Shown piece by piece: positions 39,876-53,800 of a stretch of 64,000 nucleotides of DNA. A model generated the notes under the pieces. That model was not told the origin of the DNA. It saw nothing but the letters and a program-made list of their open reading frames with translations, and did no database searches. The stretch spans positions 1,736,001 to 1,800,000 of the forward strand of contig CP089280.1 in assembly GCA_023920165.1 (NCBI GenBank). The letters run 5' to 3'. The position numbers were made by a program, and so were the translations under genes. Numbering within the stretch: position 1 is the stretch's first letter; each line of letters opens with the position of its first letter. Source of the DNA: Curvularia clavata. Taxonomy: Eukaryota.

Positions 39876-41121
39876 ACGGCGAGTTCGGACGATATAACAA
39901 GGAGAGAGATGATTGTCTGACGGCAATGACGACGAAAGCCGATACGCGAGACATCAGAGCAAACAGTGCAGCTATCCTGGGGCTTAGTATATCTACATAG
40001 CCCGCTGTTGTTGTTGTTGTTGTTGCATGGGCAGAAAAAAAAGGTCATCTGTATTACTACTATATAAAGACAAATCTCGGGAATCGGATGCTGGCGGGGA
40101 CAAGGTACGATGGATGCTTGTTTACTTGGATCAAGAAGGGAGAGTCATGTCTGTTGGGTATGGTTACCTGAGGTAGCGATATGTATGTGTATGTATATAC
40201 ATATTTGCATATATATATATGTGTGTATTGCTCGAGATGCTTTCTAAGATTGTCTTATATGGTGTGGCGTAAGCAGGCCAAGGACAAGCCAACACACCCA
40301 AGGCCAGCTCGAATCCTATAATAGACATGGTGGAAGCCGTTGAGGGTTGCATAGCATGGCTGTGGCAATGCCTCGAGCCGGACAGGATGCATGTCAGGCG
40401 ACGCGATGGCGTTTTGTTTTGGGAGGATTGGCCCGCAGCCACACGTCGCTGTTGTCATCGGGCAGCCACTCGAAGATCGTCACCTTGGATGCACAGTACA
40501 GTGTCGCCAGGACAGACGCCCTGCATTGCATGCATGCTCTTTGTCGCCCCAAGTGCCTTTTGCCCGTCGCCGCCTCGATATTCATATCTCTGCGCCCGCA
40601 CATGTAGAAACAGCGGCCTTAGACACGCCCCCAAGTGCAAGCCTCGCTGTGCCCACCCTAACCGCCAGCCCTCCCCGATTTGTCGTCCCCCAAGAGTCGC
40701 GTCGCTTGCTTGCTGGCTCGCTTTCCTCTCGCTCCTCTCTCTTGCTCCCTCACCCGCCCGCCCGGCCGTGCATCTCGCATCCTAACCACCAGCTCGCCGT
40801 GCGCCCCTCCAGCCTGCCCTGCTGCGACGCCCGCCCGCCCCCGGACAAAGGCGCATACCCAGACCGACGGTCCTCGACGACGAAAGCCGTTGGCAGCGCT
40901 CGCGTCCCCTCGCTACCAGAAGCCGACGTCACGTAGCGGCCCCCCCAGATAGCTGCCGCCTTGCCTGCCCACCTGGGGTCCACCTGTGCCTGGAACAAGA
41001 CCCAACTCCACAGCAACGCCTGCGATCGACGACTGCCCGCCCGCCGATAACCCTCTTCTTCTTGTTCTGAAGAGCAAGCCCTCGCTCTTCGGCACCTTCC
41101 CCCCCCCCTCCCGCGCTTGCC

Positions 41122-44100
41122 ATGCCCGTAGGCACGCACTCCCATCCCCAGACTCCGCGTGTGCGCAATGGGGAGCCCCAGCCTGCCCCGTTGGCAACCC
41201 CCGAGCCCGCGTCGTCCAAGCGAGATTTGACCTCGTGGTGGAGGCAGTTCAGCAAGCGCCCCGCGAAGAAGGAAGACGACAAAGGTACTACAACCGGCTC
41301 CGCCCGCTTCGTTTTCATGGCGCGCAATCACTGACTGCTGTGCGCGCGCGCACACGTTCACACAGATCAAGCCCTCCCCGGCATCTTTGGCGTCCCCCTC
41401 ATACAGAGCATCCCTTATGCCAATGTCGCAATCTCCCTCTTCAACGAGCACGGCGAGAGCTACATCTACGGCTACGTTCCCATTGTCGTTGCAAAGTGCG
41501 GTGTCTTCCTCAAGGAAAAGGGTCAGTCAAGCCACAGTGTCACTTCGGGCCCCAGCAGCTATTAACCGCGCGCACAGCAACCGATGTCGAGGGCATCTTT
41601 CGCTTGGCCGGCTCCGAAAAGAGAATCAAGGAACTCAAGACAGCCTTCGACACCCCGCCAAGATATGGAAAGGGCCTCGACTGGTCCGGCTACACGGTCC
41701 ACGATGCTGCCAACATTCTGCGCCGCTACTTCAACAACTTACCAGAGCCTATAATCCCCCTGCAGCACTATGACCCTTTCCGCGACCCCCTCAAGGGCCA
41801 CCAGGCAGAAGCCGTAGGTCCTTGTGAAGGTCAGGCTCCGTCTATCGGAGGCTTCGACCCAGACGCCGCCGTGCGCATATATCAGCACCAAATCAAGGCC
41901 CTCCCATCGCTGAACCGGCAGTTGTTGTTGTACATTCTAGATCTGCTTGCGGTTTTTGCCGCCAAGGCCGATGTCAACAAGATGACCACGTCCAATCTGG
42001 CTGCCATTTTCCAGCCTGGGCTCTTGTCACATCCCCAGCACGACATGTCACCGCAGGACTACCGTCTCAGCCAAGATGTACTCATCTTTCTCATTGACAA
42101 CCAGGATCACTTTTTGATTGGTATGGAGGGCACAGCTGTCGATGAGGGTACGGTCAAGCACATTGAAAGCGGCCCTTCTACCCCACAGGCAAGAACGCCT
42201 ACCACTCCTGGTCGCAACAGCACTGGTATTGGCCGTTCGGCTTCGACAACATCTAGTGCCGGCGCAGAGAGCCTCCGTATGCAAGGTGGTGTTCGAAGAA
42301 ATGTATCCACGTCTTCGAAGCGCTCTCGTCATTCTGGCGCTGTACCTAGCCCAATCACCCCGGCGTTTGCTTCGCCTACTACTTCGGGAGTGCACCGAAG
42401 CAACACGCTGCCTTCGAAGCGCACTCCAGCATTAGGAAGCCCTCGTTTTCCGCCATCAAAACAGTCTCCAACCACCGTGGAAGAGGTAAAGAACACGCTT
42501 CTATCGCCAGAAGCTACAAACATTCCAGCAACCCATGCTCCCGCGATACAAGAGGCTCAGCAGCATCCGCACCAGCCCGAAGCTCAGCAAGGTCCAGCGC
42601 CTGCCGCAGAACATGCGGCAGCAACACAGTCTTCTGAACCCGAAGTGGCCTCACCCAAACGGGCGCAGACTCTCCCTCCAAGCAAGATTGAAATGCCAAA
42701 ACCATTTGACGCTGCTCATGCGCAAAATAACCCTGCCCCATCAACAGTATTCAACCAACAGGGCGGGCCTGCGATTACTCCTGCACTTCAAACCATACCT
42801 GGCGCCTTCCCACTTGCTTCGCCTGGTGTGATCCCACCAAGCCAGCCCACAACCCCCAACGTCACCGCGCAATCTGCCCAGACTCTTTTACCCCCGCGGT
42901 CTACCACGCCCAGCAACGGTCTGCGCAGTCCCCAGCGCAGTCCTCACCACACGCCTACACGCGAGCGCTCGGAATTCCTCGAAGGACCTGTTGATTCTGG
43001 CCCAGCTGTTGAAATGACGCCTGCTGTGCGCACTTTTACCCAGATCCTCTCCAAGGTGGGTGCATCTCCTACTGGTGAATCCAAGGAACCAAAAGACGGC
43101 CGCAAGCCGAACAAGCTTCAGAAGAAGAGAGCACCCAACGCCATCAGTCAGAGTACTCACAGTTCTACACATTCTCTTGGTGGCAGTGAGGCTGGCTTTG
43201 GAGGGTCTCAGACAGCTCAAGGTCCTCCCTCGCCCTTACACCCGCCCCATCCTCCGTTTGCACATGGCCAGTCGCACTCTAACAGTTCAAAGGAAGCCCT
43301 CCACGACGCCAACTCGTCAAAGGCTTCGGGAAACACACTCAAGCCTAGCATGTCGCCTTCTGCTTCATTCAGATCCCATTCGACCGCGACAGAGTACTCG
43401 GAAACGGAGTTGGCTGAAGACGCGCCTAAAGAAGAGAAGCGCAGCTTTTGGAAAGGCCACCGACGTGGGGAGAGCAAGGCGACGCCGACAGCAAGTCAGA
43501 CTGATTTGCGCGGGTCCGTGGCTGGTGGTGACAAGAGCATGAGCTCGTTTGCTAGCAGTTCTGGATGGACAGGTACCGGGCGACGAAGTGGTCAGTACGA
43601 ACCAGTCCAGGGCTCAGACGGGACAATGGTATTTGGTAGTCCGCCCGACCACGACAAGGCGGAGAAGAAGGGTGCTTTTGATTGGTTTCACAAACGCGTG
43701 CAAGATCACAGAGAACGCGCAGAGAAAAGGGAGAGAGCCAAGAGCCCACCCGCGCGATCTAGCATTGGACCTCTACCACAGAACCTTGCCCAAGCGACGG
43801 AAAGTTTGGTGGTTCGTGGCAGGCCATCGGAGATGCCAAACGCTACGGATGAAACACAGCCCAAAGCGGACAAGTCGAGTGATGTCACATCAACTGGGCC
43901 GAGTCCGCCACCAACGGCGCCAGTTAGTAACTCGAGCCCTAAACGACGGACCAGCTCCATGGGGCTGCGGACAAACCTTCCTGCCGCTCTGACAGAACCC
44001 ATTTCTATAGCGCGCTCTCCGGACAGGAGTCCGCTGTCACCCGCGACCCCGAAAGCGGCGCCTGCTTCTCTATCCCTCGGAGACGCTGCGTCATCGGCTG

Positions 44101-44357
44101 TAAACACAGCAGATGGCAGCAGCGCAGAAACCCGTGTTCCTGGTGCTAGTACTAGTCCTCCTGTTGCCCCTGAGTCAGCTTCGACTACGCAAGCTGAGCC
44201 ACAAATGTCGATACCATCGGGGCCTACGCATGCGTCGTCGAATTCTACGGTTACGATTACGCCACAGACGATGAGTAAGGAGGGTTCCTCAGGTGAGGCT
44301 GCGCCTGGGAAGGAGGAGGAGGAGAAGAAGGCAGATGCGCCACCGCCTACTTCGTAA
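41122..44357 (+). CDS. SAC7: Rho GTPase-activating protein, Sac7/Bag7-like
   Basis: LTSWWRQF...|GIFGVPLIQSIPYANVAISL...YGYVPIVVAKCGVFLKEK|ATDVEGIFRLAGSEKRIKEL...HDAANILRRY...NKMTTSNLAAIFQPG; long disordered tail. Start codon inferred. Confidence 0.85.
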
Positions 44358-46846
44358 GGAAGGGAGAAGGAGAGTTTATCAGGCTGATAAAACAATGATG
44401 GGTTGGTGGATCAAAGGGCATATGGGATGTCATACTAGGAGCGTGTCTTTCCTTGTTTCTCTCTCTCTTTCCCTTTTTACGCCTTCTTTCTATCTGATGA
44501 AGTCCTTGCGTGCGTATGTGTGCGTAGGGGCACAACTCTGTGTATGTAAGAGATAGAGGGTCTCTCTGTCTGAGTAAGTGTGTCTTTTATTTTATCTCGC
44601 GTTCGTTGTCAAGGAGAGAATTACTGCGTGTGCGTGGTCTATGTACACGAAAGTTTTACACATGTGTAACGGAAACGGTTCAAAATGGGGTACTCTATTA
44701 CTGGGATTCTGGATGGACTGTTTTCTTGGGTTTCTACGCAATGGGCTAGGGTACAGTTTAAAGTTTAAAGATGGAGTCGGAGATCGTAATATGATTTGGC
44801 GGATTTCTGGTTCACAAGGGGAGGAATAGCGTATGTAGTAATGTAATGGGATATGCGATTTGAATTGTTGGACACCGTCTATCAGGCCGTTGCTTAGTGG
44901 GGTGGGCTTTTTTTTCCACATCATCCACTGAGGTGGTCTGAGGCTGAATATGTATGCACGCCACTGGGTCGCTAGAGGGATTTAGGTTTTTGGCAGGATG
45001 GCACTTTTTTGCTTTTTCCTCACTTCAGTCGCTACAGGGTACTTGATACCCTTCGGCTTTGGCAGCATGTGAGAGAACCGTTATGGGGTTGAAATCATAT
45101 TCATCGGATGTGCACATGTGTCACGGGGTTTCAAGGGTCATCATGCAGTTGGAAGTATGTAAGAGATAGATGCGTGGGCACATGAGGAAGTCGTCCTCGC
45201 TGGCTCGTTCCTTCGCTCTGCTCGCTTCCTGCTGCATTCGTGGCTGTGGCTGTGCCAGACTTGATCGGTGGTCGGCGCACAACAATCCACGTCTCCCCGA
45301 CAAAGGCCAGCGTAGAGCAGCCCTGTGGATCTGGATGGACTATCATGATAGCGTTATGTGGTGGCGAAGTGATAAAGGAGAAGGGGTGTTAGTGAGGGGG
45401 TTTCGGTTCTGGACGCTGACTGACCAGATGCGACCTGACTTGGGCATGATTTTCAAACGCCAGGTATCGTGGCATTGGTGAAGAACAGAGGTCTGAGTGG
45501 CGGGGTTTCGCATCGTGACAGCACCGTTGGTCATCATTGTACCCTACTAGTTTAAAGTCTCTTTGAGCGGCTGCATGGCATGTCAGACGGTGGTGGAGGT
45601 TTGAGGCCAGCGAGAACGGATATTATTTTTAGAAGCGGGTACGGTATTGGTGATTGGATGAGGTCATGTGAGGGCTGGGAGCCGGGCAAAAGTCGCGAGG
45701 GTAGCCGATAGGCTCGGCTCGTGGGTGCATCTGTGAGAGAGAAAGCTAGTGAGCAATACGACGAGTGGAAAAAAATTATAGGCCAGCGTACGGATAATGC
45801 GGTGGCTGTGTGGAGTTCAAATACGTCAGGCTTATCGGACTCGGGAACGAGACGAGAGCACGGTTTCATGGGCCGAGGACGGCCTCATACCCGCGCCCGC
45901 TCTTATTGTCTTGTCGCATATACCCCCTCACCAAGTTCTGACGACGTGACAACCTGTTTCAAGCCCGTTGGCATGCCTGCTTTCCAGCTCCTCGGACCAC
46001 TGGCCACATGGGTGAGTTTGCTGCAACGGAGAATTCATGCCTAAAAAGCACGTACACAAAAGGCGCGCAAAAGCCAATTGGAGCACGGGCAGCGTGGGAA
46101 CCATGAGCTGCAGGTAATACTAGACAAGATCCACGGAATTAGTCGGCATTCTGTCTGCTTTAGTGCCATATTGGGAGGCGAAACGCGAGCGGGTCTGGCT
46201 CCCTCGTGTTTCTGTGCCAGTTAGTGGCCATGTCATGTTGGCTTGCTGTATCAGGCAGGCCCTCTAGCTGGCACCACCACCTTCTGCCTTAAGGACGGGA
46301 TCTGCCCGCCTTTTTCCCTTTCGCTGCCCACTCGCTGTCTTCCAAGACGTCCTACTAATTAATTTATCCCGTCTTACCGACTTTCCCATCTCTGCCTACA
46401 CTCGCTGCCTGTCGGTCCGATACCAACCTCAACATAGCGGTCGCTTTCCCTCCAGCCCGACGATATATTCCTGCGCCTTGCTTGTTTGCCCTGCTTTCGA
46501 AAAGGAAAAGAAAAGAAAAGCCAAACTCAGTGCGCAACGGAGAATTGATAAGAGGAACAAAGGGAAAAGGAAAATAGTCCATTGTCGCGCTGTGGCGTCA
46601 GGTAATACTGGTAACCCAGCCACGTGGTGAGCCACTCCACTTTGTGTAAGCGCGTTCCTAAGCATCGCCTACATGGCGACTAGCACCTTATCATCCCGTC
46701 TCTTCCTTTTTTTGTACGGCTTCCGGCCATGAAGACCGCATGGCACTTGCTGACACGCTTTGCGCAGTTCGATTTCTTTCTTTAAAGGCACGGTTTACCT
46801 TCGCTTCGCTTGATCGATTGATTTGTCGACTTCATAAACCATCGCG

Positions 46847-47950
46847 ATGCGTTCCTTCTACCAGGTAGCCCTTTTGGCGCTGCCCTTGTTCACTGCCGCC
46901 GGTGCTGCCGGAGCCAAGGAGGTCGACGCTCCAAAGACCATCTATGCAAGCGCGCAAGAAGCCTTCCAGGATCTGTTGAATGCACTGCCAGAAGAGTCTC
47001 TGCACGCGGCCTTGAGTGGTTTGAAGGACTTCAAGAATGGCATATTCGAGTCACACCACCGAGGAGTTGAGAACATCCACAGCAAAAACCCAGCGCTGGC
47101 TACCAAGCTAATTGTCGACGCTGTCAATGACTTGCGGAAGAGGCAGACGCCTTCAAATGGCACCAACAGTGTTACTGACGATAACTTGAACGCATCTGAG
47201 TCTCCAAGCTCCACGCCGCCACCAACAAGTCAGAACTCCTCGCCACCTGCTGAGACCAGTTCTGATGCACCCCCACCACCCCAATCGAGTGCACCGCCCC
47301 CAGATACCGTGGTTCAGACCCAGACCCAGACCCAAACCCAAACTCAGACCCAAACCCAGACGCAGCAGCAGACCCAGACCCAGACCCAAAAGGAAACACA
47401 GACTGCCGTCCAGACCACAACCGAACAACGACCTGCCGTCATCTCCGTAGAAGCCACTGTGACCCAAGATGGCAAGACTATTGTGCAAACCACCGAAGTG
47501 CTCAGCCAAGTCACTGCTTCCGTCGCCGTAACCCTTGTCCGCACCAACCAGCAAGGCAGTACGGTAACAGAAACCGAGAACCGCCCCGCCGTCATCAAAA
47601 CGACAACCGACCAGGCCGGTCGCACCACCGTCACTACCTCAGCCGTAGACTATGCGCCAACTGCCGGCCAAGTCCAAACCAAGACTGACTCGCGCGGCTC
47701 TGTTGTCTTGACTACGTACACACCTGGCGGTGGTCTTGTCAGCAGCATCAAGCTTATTACTACCACTGATGCGGCCGGTCGCCAGAGCACCTTGACTACG
47801 TACGCGTTTGTGGACCCGGTCCAGGCTACGGCTACCAACAAGGACAATGCTTCTGGTGATAACAAGCCTTCGCTCCAGACGGGTGCTGCTGTCAAAAATG
47901 CGGCGCAATATGCGGCTGTTGGTCTTGGTGCTATGGCCTTTTTCTTTTAA
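46847..47950 (+). CDS. Secreted GPI-anchored Ser/Thr-rich protein with QT repeat
   Basis: Signal peptide MRSFYQVALLALPLFTAAGA; KR site; (QT)n encoded by CAGACC repeats at ~47315-47389; C-terminal LQTGAA...AVGLGAMAFFF. Confidence 0.85.
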   Translation: MRSFYQVALLALPLFTAAGAAGAKEVDAPKTIYASAQEAFQDLLNALPEESLHAALSGLKDFKNGIFESHHRGVENIHSKNPALATKLIVDAVNDLRKRQTPSNGTNSVTDDNLNASESPSSTPPPTSQNSSPPAETSSDAPPPPQSSAPPPDTVVQTQTQTQTQTQTQTQTQQQTQTQTQKETQTAVQTTTEQRPAVISVEATVTQDGKTIVQTTEVLSQVTASVAVTLVRTNQQGSTVTETENRPAVIKTTTDQAGRTTVTTSAVDYAPTAGQVQTKTDSRGSVVLTTYTPGGGLVSSIKLITTTDAAGRQSTLTTYAFVDPVQATATNKDNASGDNKPSLQTGAAVKNAAQYAAVGLGAMAFFF

Positions 47951-48832
47951 GTTGAAGTGGAAGGAGATAAGAAACCTCCCCATTCTCTCTGCTTTAACAG
48001 TATATAACGTGAAACACGAATTTCTTTGGTGCCTTTTTTCCCCTTCTTGTCCAGCAATTTCTTACTCCAAAATCTTCACGTTCCTTTGATACCCCAAACA
48101 TATACGTTTACATACGTACGCCATTCTTTTTATAATACATGGGATGCTGTTCCCAAAGATGGAGCGCGGAAATAGTTGATATTCGGTTTTCTATGACAGC
48201 ATAAGGATTACAAGGATGGTGTTTGTCTCAGAGGCAGTGTGAGTGGAAGAGAGAAGGTGAAAAGTCTAATGCGAAGAGAATGCTTTTTCCACGGAGTTGC
48301 AAAGCGTATACATAGAGTGCAATTTAGGGCAGGTTCTTTGCAGCATCTTTTAGGATGAAGTGGGAATAGTGTGGGGTTAGAATGTGGACACGGAATCGAG
48401 TACATACATATGCAGGGAAAGATTACATATTAAGGGTGATATGCAACTAAGAAGAAACATTCGTCATCTGTCCTTTGCAGCTACAAATATACGTCAAAGC
48501 ACATGAACCGCGTCTCCACTTCACAGACAGTGTTTTAGAATGAGAATTTGAGCAAAAACGAAGGGGGTATTGACATTTTTGAATCACAACGCCGCAAATC
48601 TATGCTAGTAGTAGGTATGCCAAGTGTCCCATCCCAACCACCAGCAAAGCCCAGGCCACTATGCTCCGTGAATAAACAACCAACCCTCTCTTTACCCAGA
48701 ACATGTAGGTACATACACATATAAACATATATGTATGTACCCTTTAAATTCAGAAAACAATATTCCGCCCCACGCTTAGTTGTAATACAGCAGAAGAAGA
48801 AACAAGATAATACAAACCAAGTTTTCCTTTCC

Positions 48833-50425
48833 TCAACGCGCCTTAGTCGCGATAAAGTACTCTACACTCTCACCCGCCCAACTAACACTATTCGTACCAG
48901 ACTCATACCGCTCTTCATCAAACAATCCGGCAATGCTCTGCTCATTCCGCACACCCTGCTTTGCCGCGCCGCCGCCAAAGCTCTCAAGACTCACAACCTT
49001 GCATCCATGCTTGAGGTCAAGAAACTTTTGCAGAAGCAGGTTATTCAGTGTCTCGCCAAAGACCTTGTTGTTGACGAGGACGACATCGGCTTTGCGCAGG
49101 ACATTGTCGATTTCCGGGCTGTCGAGGAAGTCGCCTTCGATGAGCTCGATGCGGCCGAGGGCAATGTTCCAGAGTTTGGAGCGCGCTTTGAGTTCGGCGG
49201 CTTGTTCCGAGCCCAGTGAGGCGGCGAGTTTCATTTTCTCGATGCCCCAGCTCTCGGCGCCGGTTTGCAGAGCGGATTGCAGGACTACGTTGCCGACGCC
49301 GGAGCCGAGATCGACAAAGATGTGGGAGGAGTTGAGGCCGGTTTGGGCAAATATCTTATGTACAAAGGGTGTGAGGAGCTCGCCGTACGTGGTTTCCTTG
49401 CCGGCGACCTTGCGTAGGCGGTGTGCGTGGGGGGAGACGATGCGGTTGTAGCTTTGGGCAGTGATGCGCTTGACCAGGCTGAGAGGGATGGCGTGCATGT
49501 CGTCCAGAATCCGGGGTATGGTGCCATCGCTATACCGGTCCCTAATCAACTGGTTGAACTTGGAGAGTTCCTGCTGGAACAGCTCCGGGTCGTCTTTGGT
49601 TACGGCACGCTTAAGGAGCCGGACTGTGCCTTCCGCATCCGACGACAGCTCTGCAGCAAGGTCTTGTGGAAGGTAATGTTGTATAATCTCCTCAATACTG
49701 AAGTAGATGTCTTCTAGCGGGCTGTATTCCTCGTCCACCTCTTTTCGGGCCACAGCCTCAAACTTCTCTGGACGTGAGGGGCTGGGATATTGCAGCTCGA
49801 TAACAAGCTTCTTCTCACTTCCAGAAAAGGCAGATTTGTAGGCTTTGGCTACGTCGTCCTTGGTCATCTCGATGCCATGTTTCAGGCACGTCTTTCCCGA
49901 GGCCGCCTTTTTCTTTCTGAAAGCTGCATTCTCCTGGGCCTGTTTTATGACTTGGTCGGTTGTACCATTCGATGACCCATCGGACTCTGCTGTTTCCCTC
50001 TTTTCCGCTTCCTGTATCCGTACACGCCTGTTCAGGTCCGGTTCGAGGGCACGGTTCAGACTCATGGGCTCGATGCTGCTGCTGGCTGGTCGTGTTCTCC
50101 GCCGCTTGACACCGAGGCGATCACTGTCGTACTCATCGCTTGACTCATCGCTACTTGCCCACTGCGGTGTATCGGTGCCCCTGCGTTTGCGAGTGTCGAC
50201 ACGCGACACGGATACCGACTTGGATGTACGTTCCCGAGAGGTTGTTTGCGAGCGGGGGGTCGACTGGTATCGGTTTGATGGCGGACCGGATGCACTGTGA
50301 CTGCGCGAGGTGTTGCCTGGCCGTGACGGGACTGGACGTGGCGAGGGTGAGGGGTTTGTGGGGGCGGGAGTCTTCTTCACGAGGACCGTTTTCGTCTTGA
50401 TCTTGGGTTTTCCTGGGGCGAACAT
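48833..50425 (-). CDS. DOT1: Histone H3-K79 methyltransferase Dot1
   Basis: YNRIVSP, TYGELL, FVDLGSGVGNVVLQSAL, SWGIE, GDFL, ADVVLVNN, VVSL and SVSW motifs. Confidence 0.95.
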   Translation of the reverse strand: MFAPGKPKIKTKTVLVKKTPAPTNPSPSPRPVPSRPGNTSRSHSASGPPSNRYQSTPRSQTTSRERTSKSVSVSRVDTRKRRGTDTPQWASSDESSDEYDSDRLGVKRRRTRPASSSIEPMSLNRALEPDLNRRVRIQEAEKRETAESDGSSNGTTDQVIKQAQENAAFRKKKAASGKTCLKHGIEMTKDDVAKAYKSAFSGSEKKLVIELQYPSPSRPEKFEAVARKEVDEEYSPLEDIYFSIEEIIQHYLPQDLAAELSSDAEGTVRLLKRAVTKDDPELFQQELSKFNQLIRDRYSDGTIPRILDDMHAIPLSLVKRITAQSYNRIVSPHAHRLRKVAGKETTYGELLTPFVHKIFAQTGLNSSHIFVDLGSGVGNVVLQSALQTGAESWGIEKMKLAASLGSEQAAELKARSKLWNIALGRIELIEGDFLDSPEIDNVLRKADVVLVNNKVFGETLNNLLLQKFLDLKHGCKVVSLESFGGGAAKQGVRNEQSIAGLFDEERYESGTNSVSWAGESVEYFIATKAR

Positions 50426-50803
50426 GATTACAACCGCGGTAGTTGAAAGGAAAATACGTGTATGCACAAGAAACGGGTGTCGGTAGCGGGCCGGGGCAGA
50501 GGTGAAGGAGTGTACTGGTCAGGGCGGCCGACAACAAAGCGAAAGGAAGTGGGAAGAAGGCAAGAATGCAGGCAGCCAATACCAAGGGAGTCGCACGCGC
50601 AAGGTGAGAATACGTGACCAAGCCTTCCCGACGCCTGCGCACCACTGCACGGCCCGACAGGGATGCCCCTGCCTAGCCCGTCTTGGCACGCAGGACCCGT
50701 GGCTATGAGCTCAAATAGTGACATGGAATTCTAGGTACCTAATTAAGCAACGTAGAGCCTAAGATATCACTTCAGAGTTCAAAAGTACCCTGCCCTCTCT
50801 ACT

Positions 50804-53800
50804 TTACTGGAGCAAATTATGCCCGAACCCTACATCAATCCTCCATTTGACGCAATTCCCCTCTAAGATACCGCCATGCTTGTTGTTCTCGCCCTTAGTG
50901 TCACATTTATCCACAATGTACTTAAACTGCCTGGCGCACTCGTAGAAATCAAAGTTTTTCCATAAGCAGCCTTCCTTGATTTGAACCCAGACATTGTATT
51001 CCATGTACACGGCGTCTTTGAGATAAGGGTTGGTCGAGTTCACGCGGAGCGTGTTCTTAGAAATGCCCGGTTCGAGGTCCGTCTCTTTGCGTACGGAGAG
51101 ACTGAAGTCGATGTCATTGCAAGTCTCATCAATGACCTTTACTAGCGAAGCACGGTTTCCCGGGTTGCCTTTGTTATAACAGCCTGGCTTGGGGTCCTTG
51201 GGGAAAACGGGAGGCTCTGCGCCAGGCTCAGGGACGTCAGGCTCACCCGAGTCATCTTGGTTGTCGTCTTCATGTTCTTCTTGCTTGATGTTACACTGCT
51301 CTGGCTCAGCCTCTTCCTCATCAGGAGTTTCCAAAGGGCCCTCCCAGAAATGCAATTGAATGTTGTTGGGAGAAGGGCTTTTTCTCACGGGACGCTTAGC
51401 AAGGCTGCCCCATAAAGCGTTGCCCAGGGAGCTTGACTCTGAGGTGGGACAGGAAAGTGCGGGGAAAGCACACTTCGAGACCGTTGGGCTTGGTACGCCA
51501 TTACGCACGTGCAGCGTTGGCATGTATGCCAGCTGATAGTCTCGAGGTGGGAAGTTGATTGTGGCTCCTGTCGGTTGGGTAGAGTAACTCTGCCCCAAAT
51601 CATCCGTCCAAGTACTTTGGGGCCAGGCTGTTGTCGTGCTTAGCTTGGGCTGGGATATAATTAGCAAAAAATGACTGTGAGAGTGATACAAGGGTGACTT
51701 GCCTTTGTTATTAGTTGAGCATATGTGGCAGCTCTTTTGTTGTTTACTTGGGCCTGACCGGTGGGAATAGCCATTGTGCTCAAGGCGTATTCGGTGACGG
51801 TAATGGGCGAGAATGCAAGAGTACTCTGAATGGAATCGGCCACAGTGATAGGTATGCGTGGGTAGTCGATTGTTGTCAAGGTTTCAGTGGGGAGTAGAGG
51901 GAGAACCAAAGTGCACGGGAAGAAGCACTGGACATTGGGTGTGGGCGTCTCCCAAATCTTTGGATCAATCCAGACAAGATTGTCATTGATGGTCGAGTTG
52001 GCATCACCTCCCCCGCCCACTGTGGCGTCGAAATCAATGGACCCTAAGGAGAGAATTGTTTAGTATGAGTCAGTAGATATCTCGAGCTTGATGGACTCAC
52101 AGATCATGATACCATCAAGGCAACGGTCGTTAGCACGAGTTGTTGGGTAAGGTTAGTATCCGATATCACAGCGATAACTGGTTAATCGAAAACATACAAG
52201 ACCTGCTTCATCGCATATGTTTCTTCGTCATCGTACCCAATCCAACTGTCTCCACCATACGTGAAGTACTTCACCATGGCCGTTTCGTTGAGAATTGGCG
52301 AAATATTCTTGTCTTCGATAAGCTGTCGGATTTCCTGATTCGACATCACGCCAGGCGAGTTGGTGCAAGCTCCCGGTGCACCGCCCTTGCCTGCCACAAA
52401 AGAGCAGCCTGGGTGTCCGCAACTAGGGTCAGTGAGCTTGCAGCTTCGTCCGTAGTATGCAATGCCCATATCTATATTGATGTCAGACGGCCGGTGAAAC
52501 AAAGCCAAGTTGCGCGACTCACTGATCTTCGAGGGGTCTACCCCATCGAACCATAGCGGCGTCAAGCCCTTGTCAATCTCAGTGATGTCAGTTTGTGGTC
52601 TCACAACTCTGTCATCGAAGATTAGCCATGCATGCAAGACGAATCATCTGCCTAGAATCAACGTACGAGCCAAGCGTTAATACACCCGTATCCCATGGCC
52701 CATGCAAATCGTATGACATGAAGCCCATGAAATCGACGTAATCCTGCATTTCAGCTGGCTTGAAGTCACGTAGATACCAATAGTCGGGTGCAAGCACAAT
52801 GCTAAGCCCATAGCGAGTACCAAATGCGGCTCTAATTTCCTTCATCAAAAGGACCAGGTTGTCGGTATCCTGAGGGCGACCGCCGCGTGTTGTCTCAGCC
52901 GGATACTGTGAAAAGCTATCAGTCCAGGTCCCAGAAAACTGGTGTATAAGTGTGTCTTACTTTCCAATCAATACCAGCCCCTTGAAAGCCGTAGGTATTC
53001 ATGAAGTTCATCAACGACTTGATGAATGCCGCTCGATTTGCTTTTGTAGAAACCATATCGCTAAAAGCTGTGCTAGTTGTGCTGTTGGGATTGGTGAATG
53101 ACCACTGTGAGCAGAACATAGTCAGAACAAGCCAGCTGGGTCAAAGAGTTTACAATCCAACGCGGTCGGTGGTTGTAAAGCATTCCAAGGGAGATCATGG
53201 TCGAGGTCGTTGTCGTTGAGTTGTTCCAAATCAGAGTCAAGAATTTCGGTGCCGTTGGCAAAGCGTACGACGATATCCGTTCCATTGACGTCCAAGATGA
53301 TGTTGTGATCATAGCCATAATCATTTAGATCTCGTTCGGTCAAGGTTGACGCAAAACCAGCCCGCTGTACGGCGGTCTATAATTATTGGGCGTAGTTAGC
53401 ATATGTGACCAGCCCATGTACCTGGGTACAGAAAATGGAAACCTACCAGATTTGCCGGAAAATCATCCTCAACGCTGCGCGCACCAATGATTTTCCGGTC
53501 ATCACCGACGTCGGTACCGGTAGTCGGGTTAAGGTCATAATTATAAAAACGAATTGCTGCTGCATAGCCGTCCTTTTTGTAGCTAAGCAATAAGGAGAAT
53601 TGAATGACTGAGTCTGGCTGCATCGGTGGGTGACTTTGAGGATCTCTTTGCCTCTCGTCTTTTATCTGCTTCTGGAGCCGAGTACGTAATGCTCCGTGAG
53701 AGGCTCCTTGCCTATAGCGCGGATTAGTAGGAATAGTTGTGATGAACCTTCAAGAGCCGGTACGTACCAATTCTGCTCAGATGTCGTAGATGTTCCGTCG

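Noticed and set aside
40986..41580. N-terminus of the 1123-aa ORF in the track
   Set aside because: It reads through introns in the wrong frame; the real RhoGAP N-terminal exons lie in other frames.
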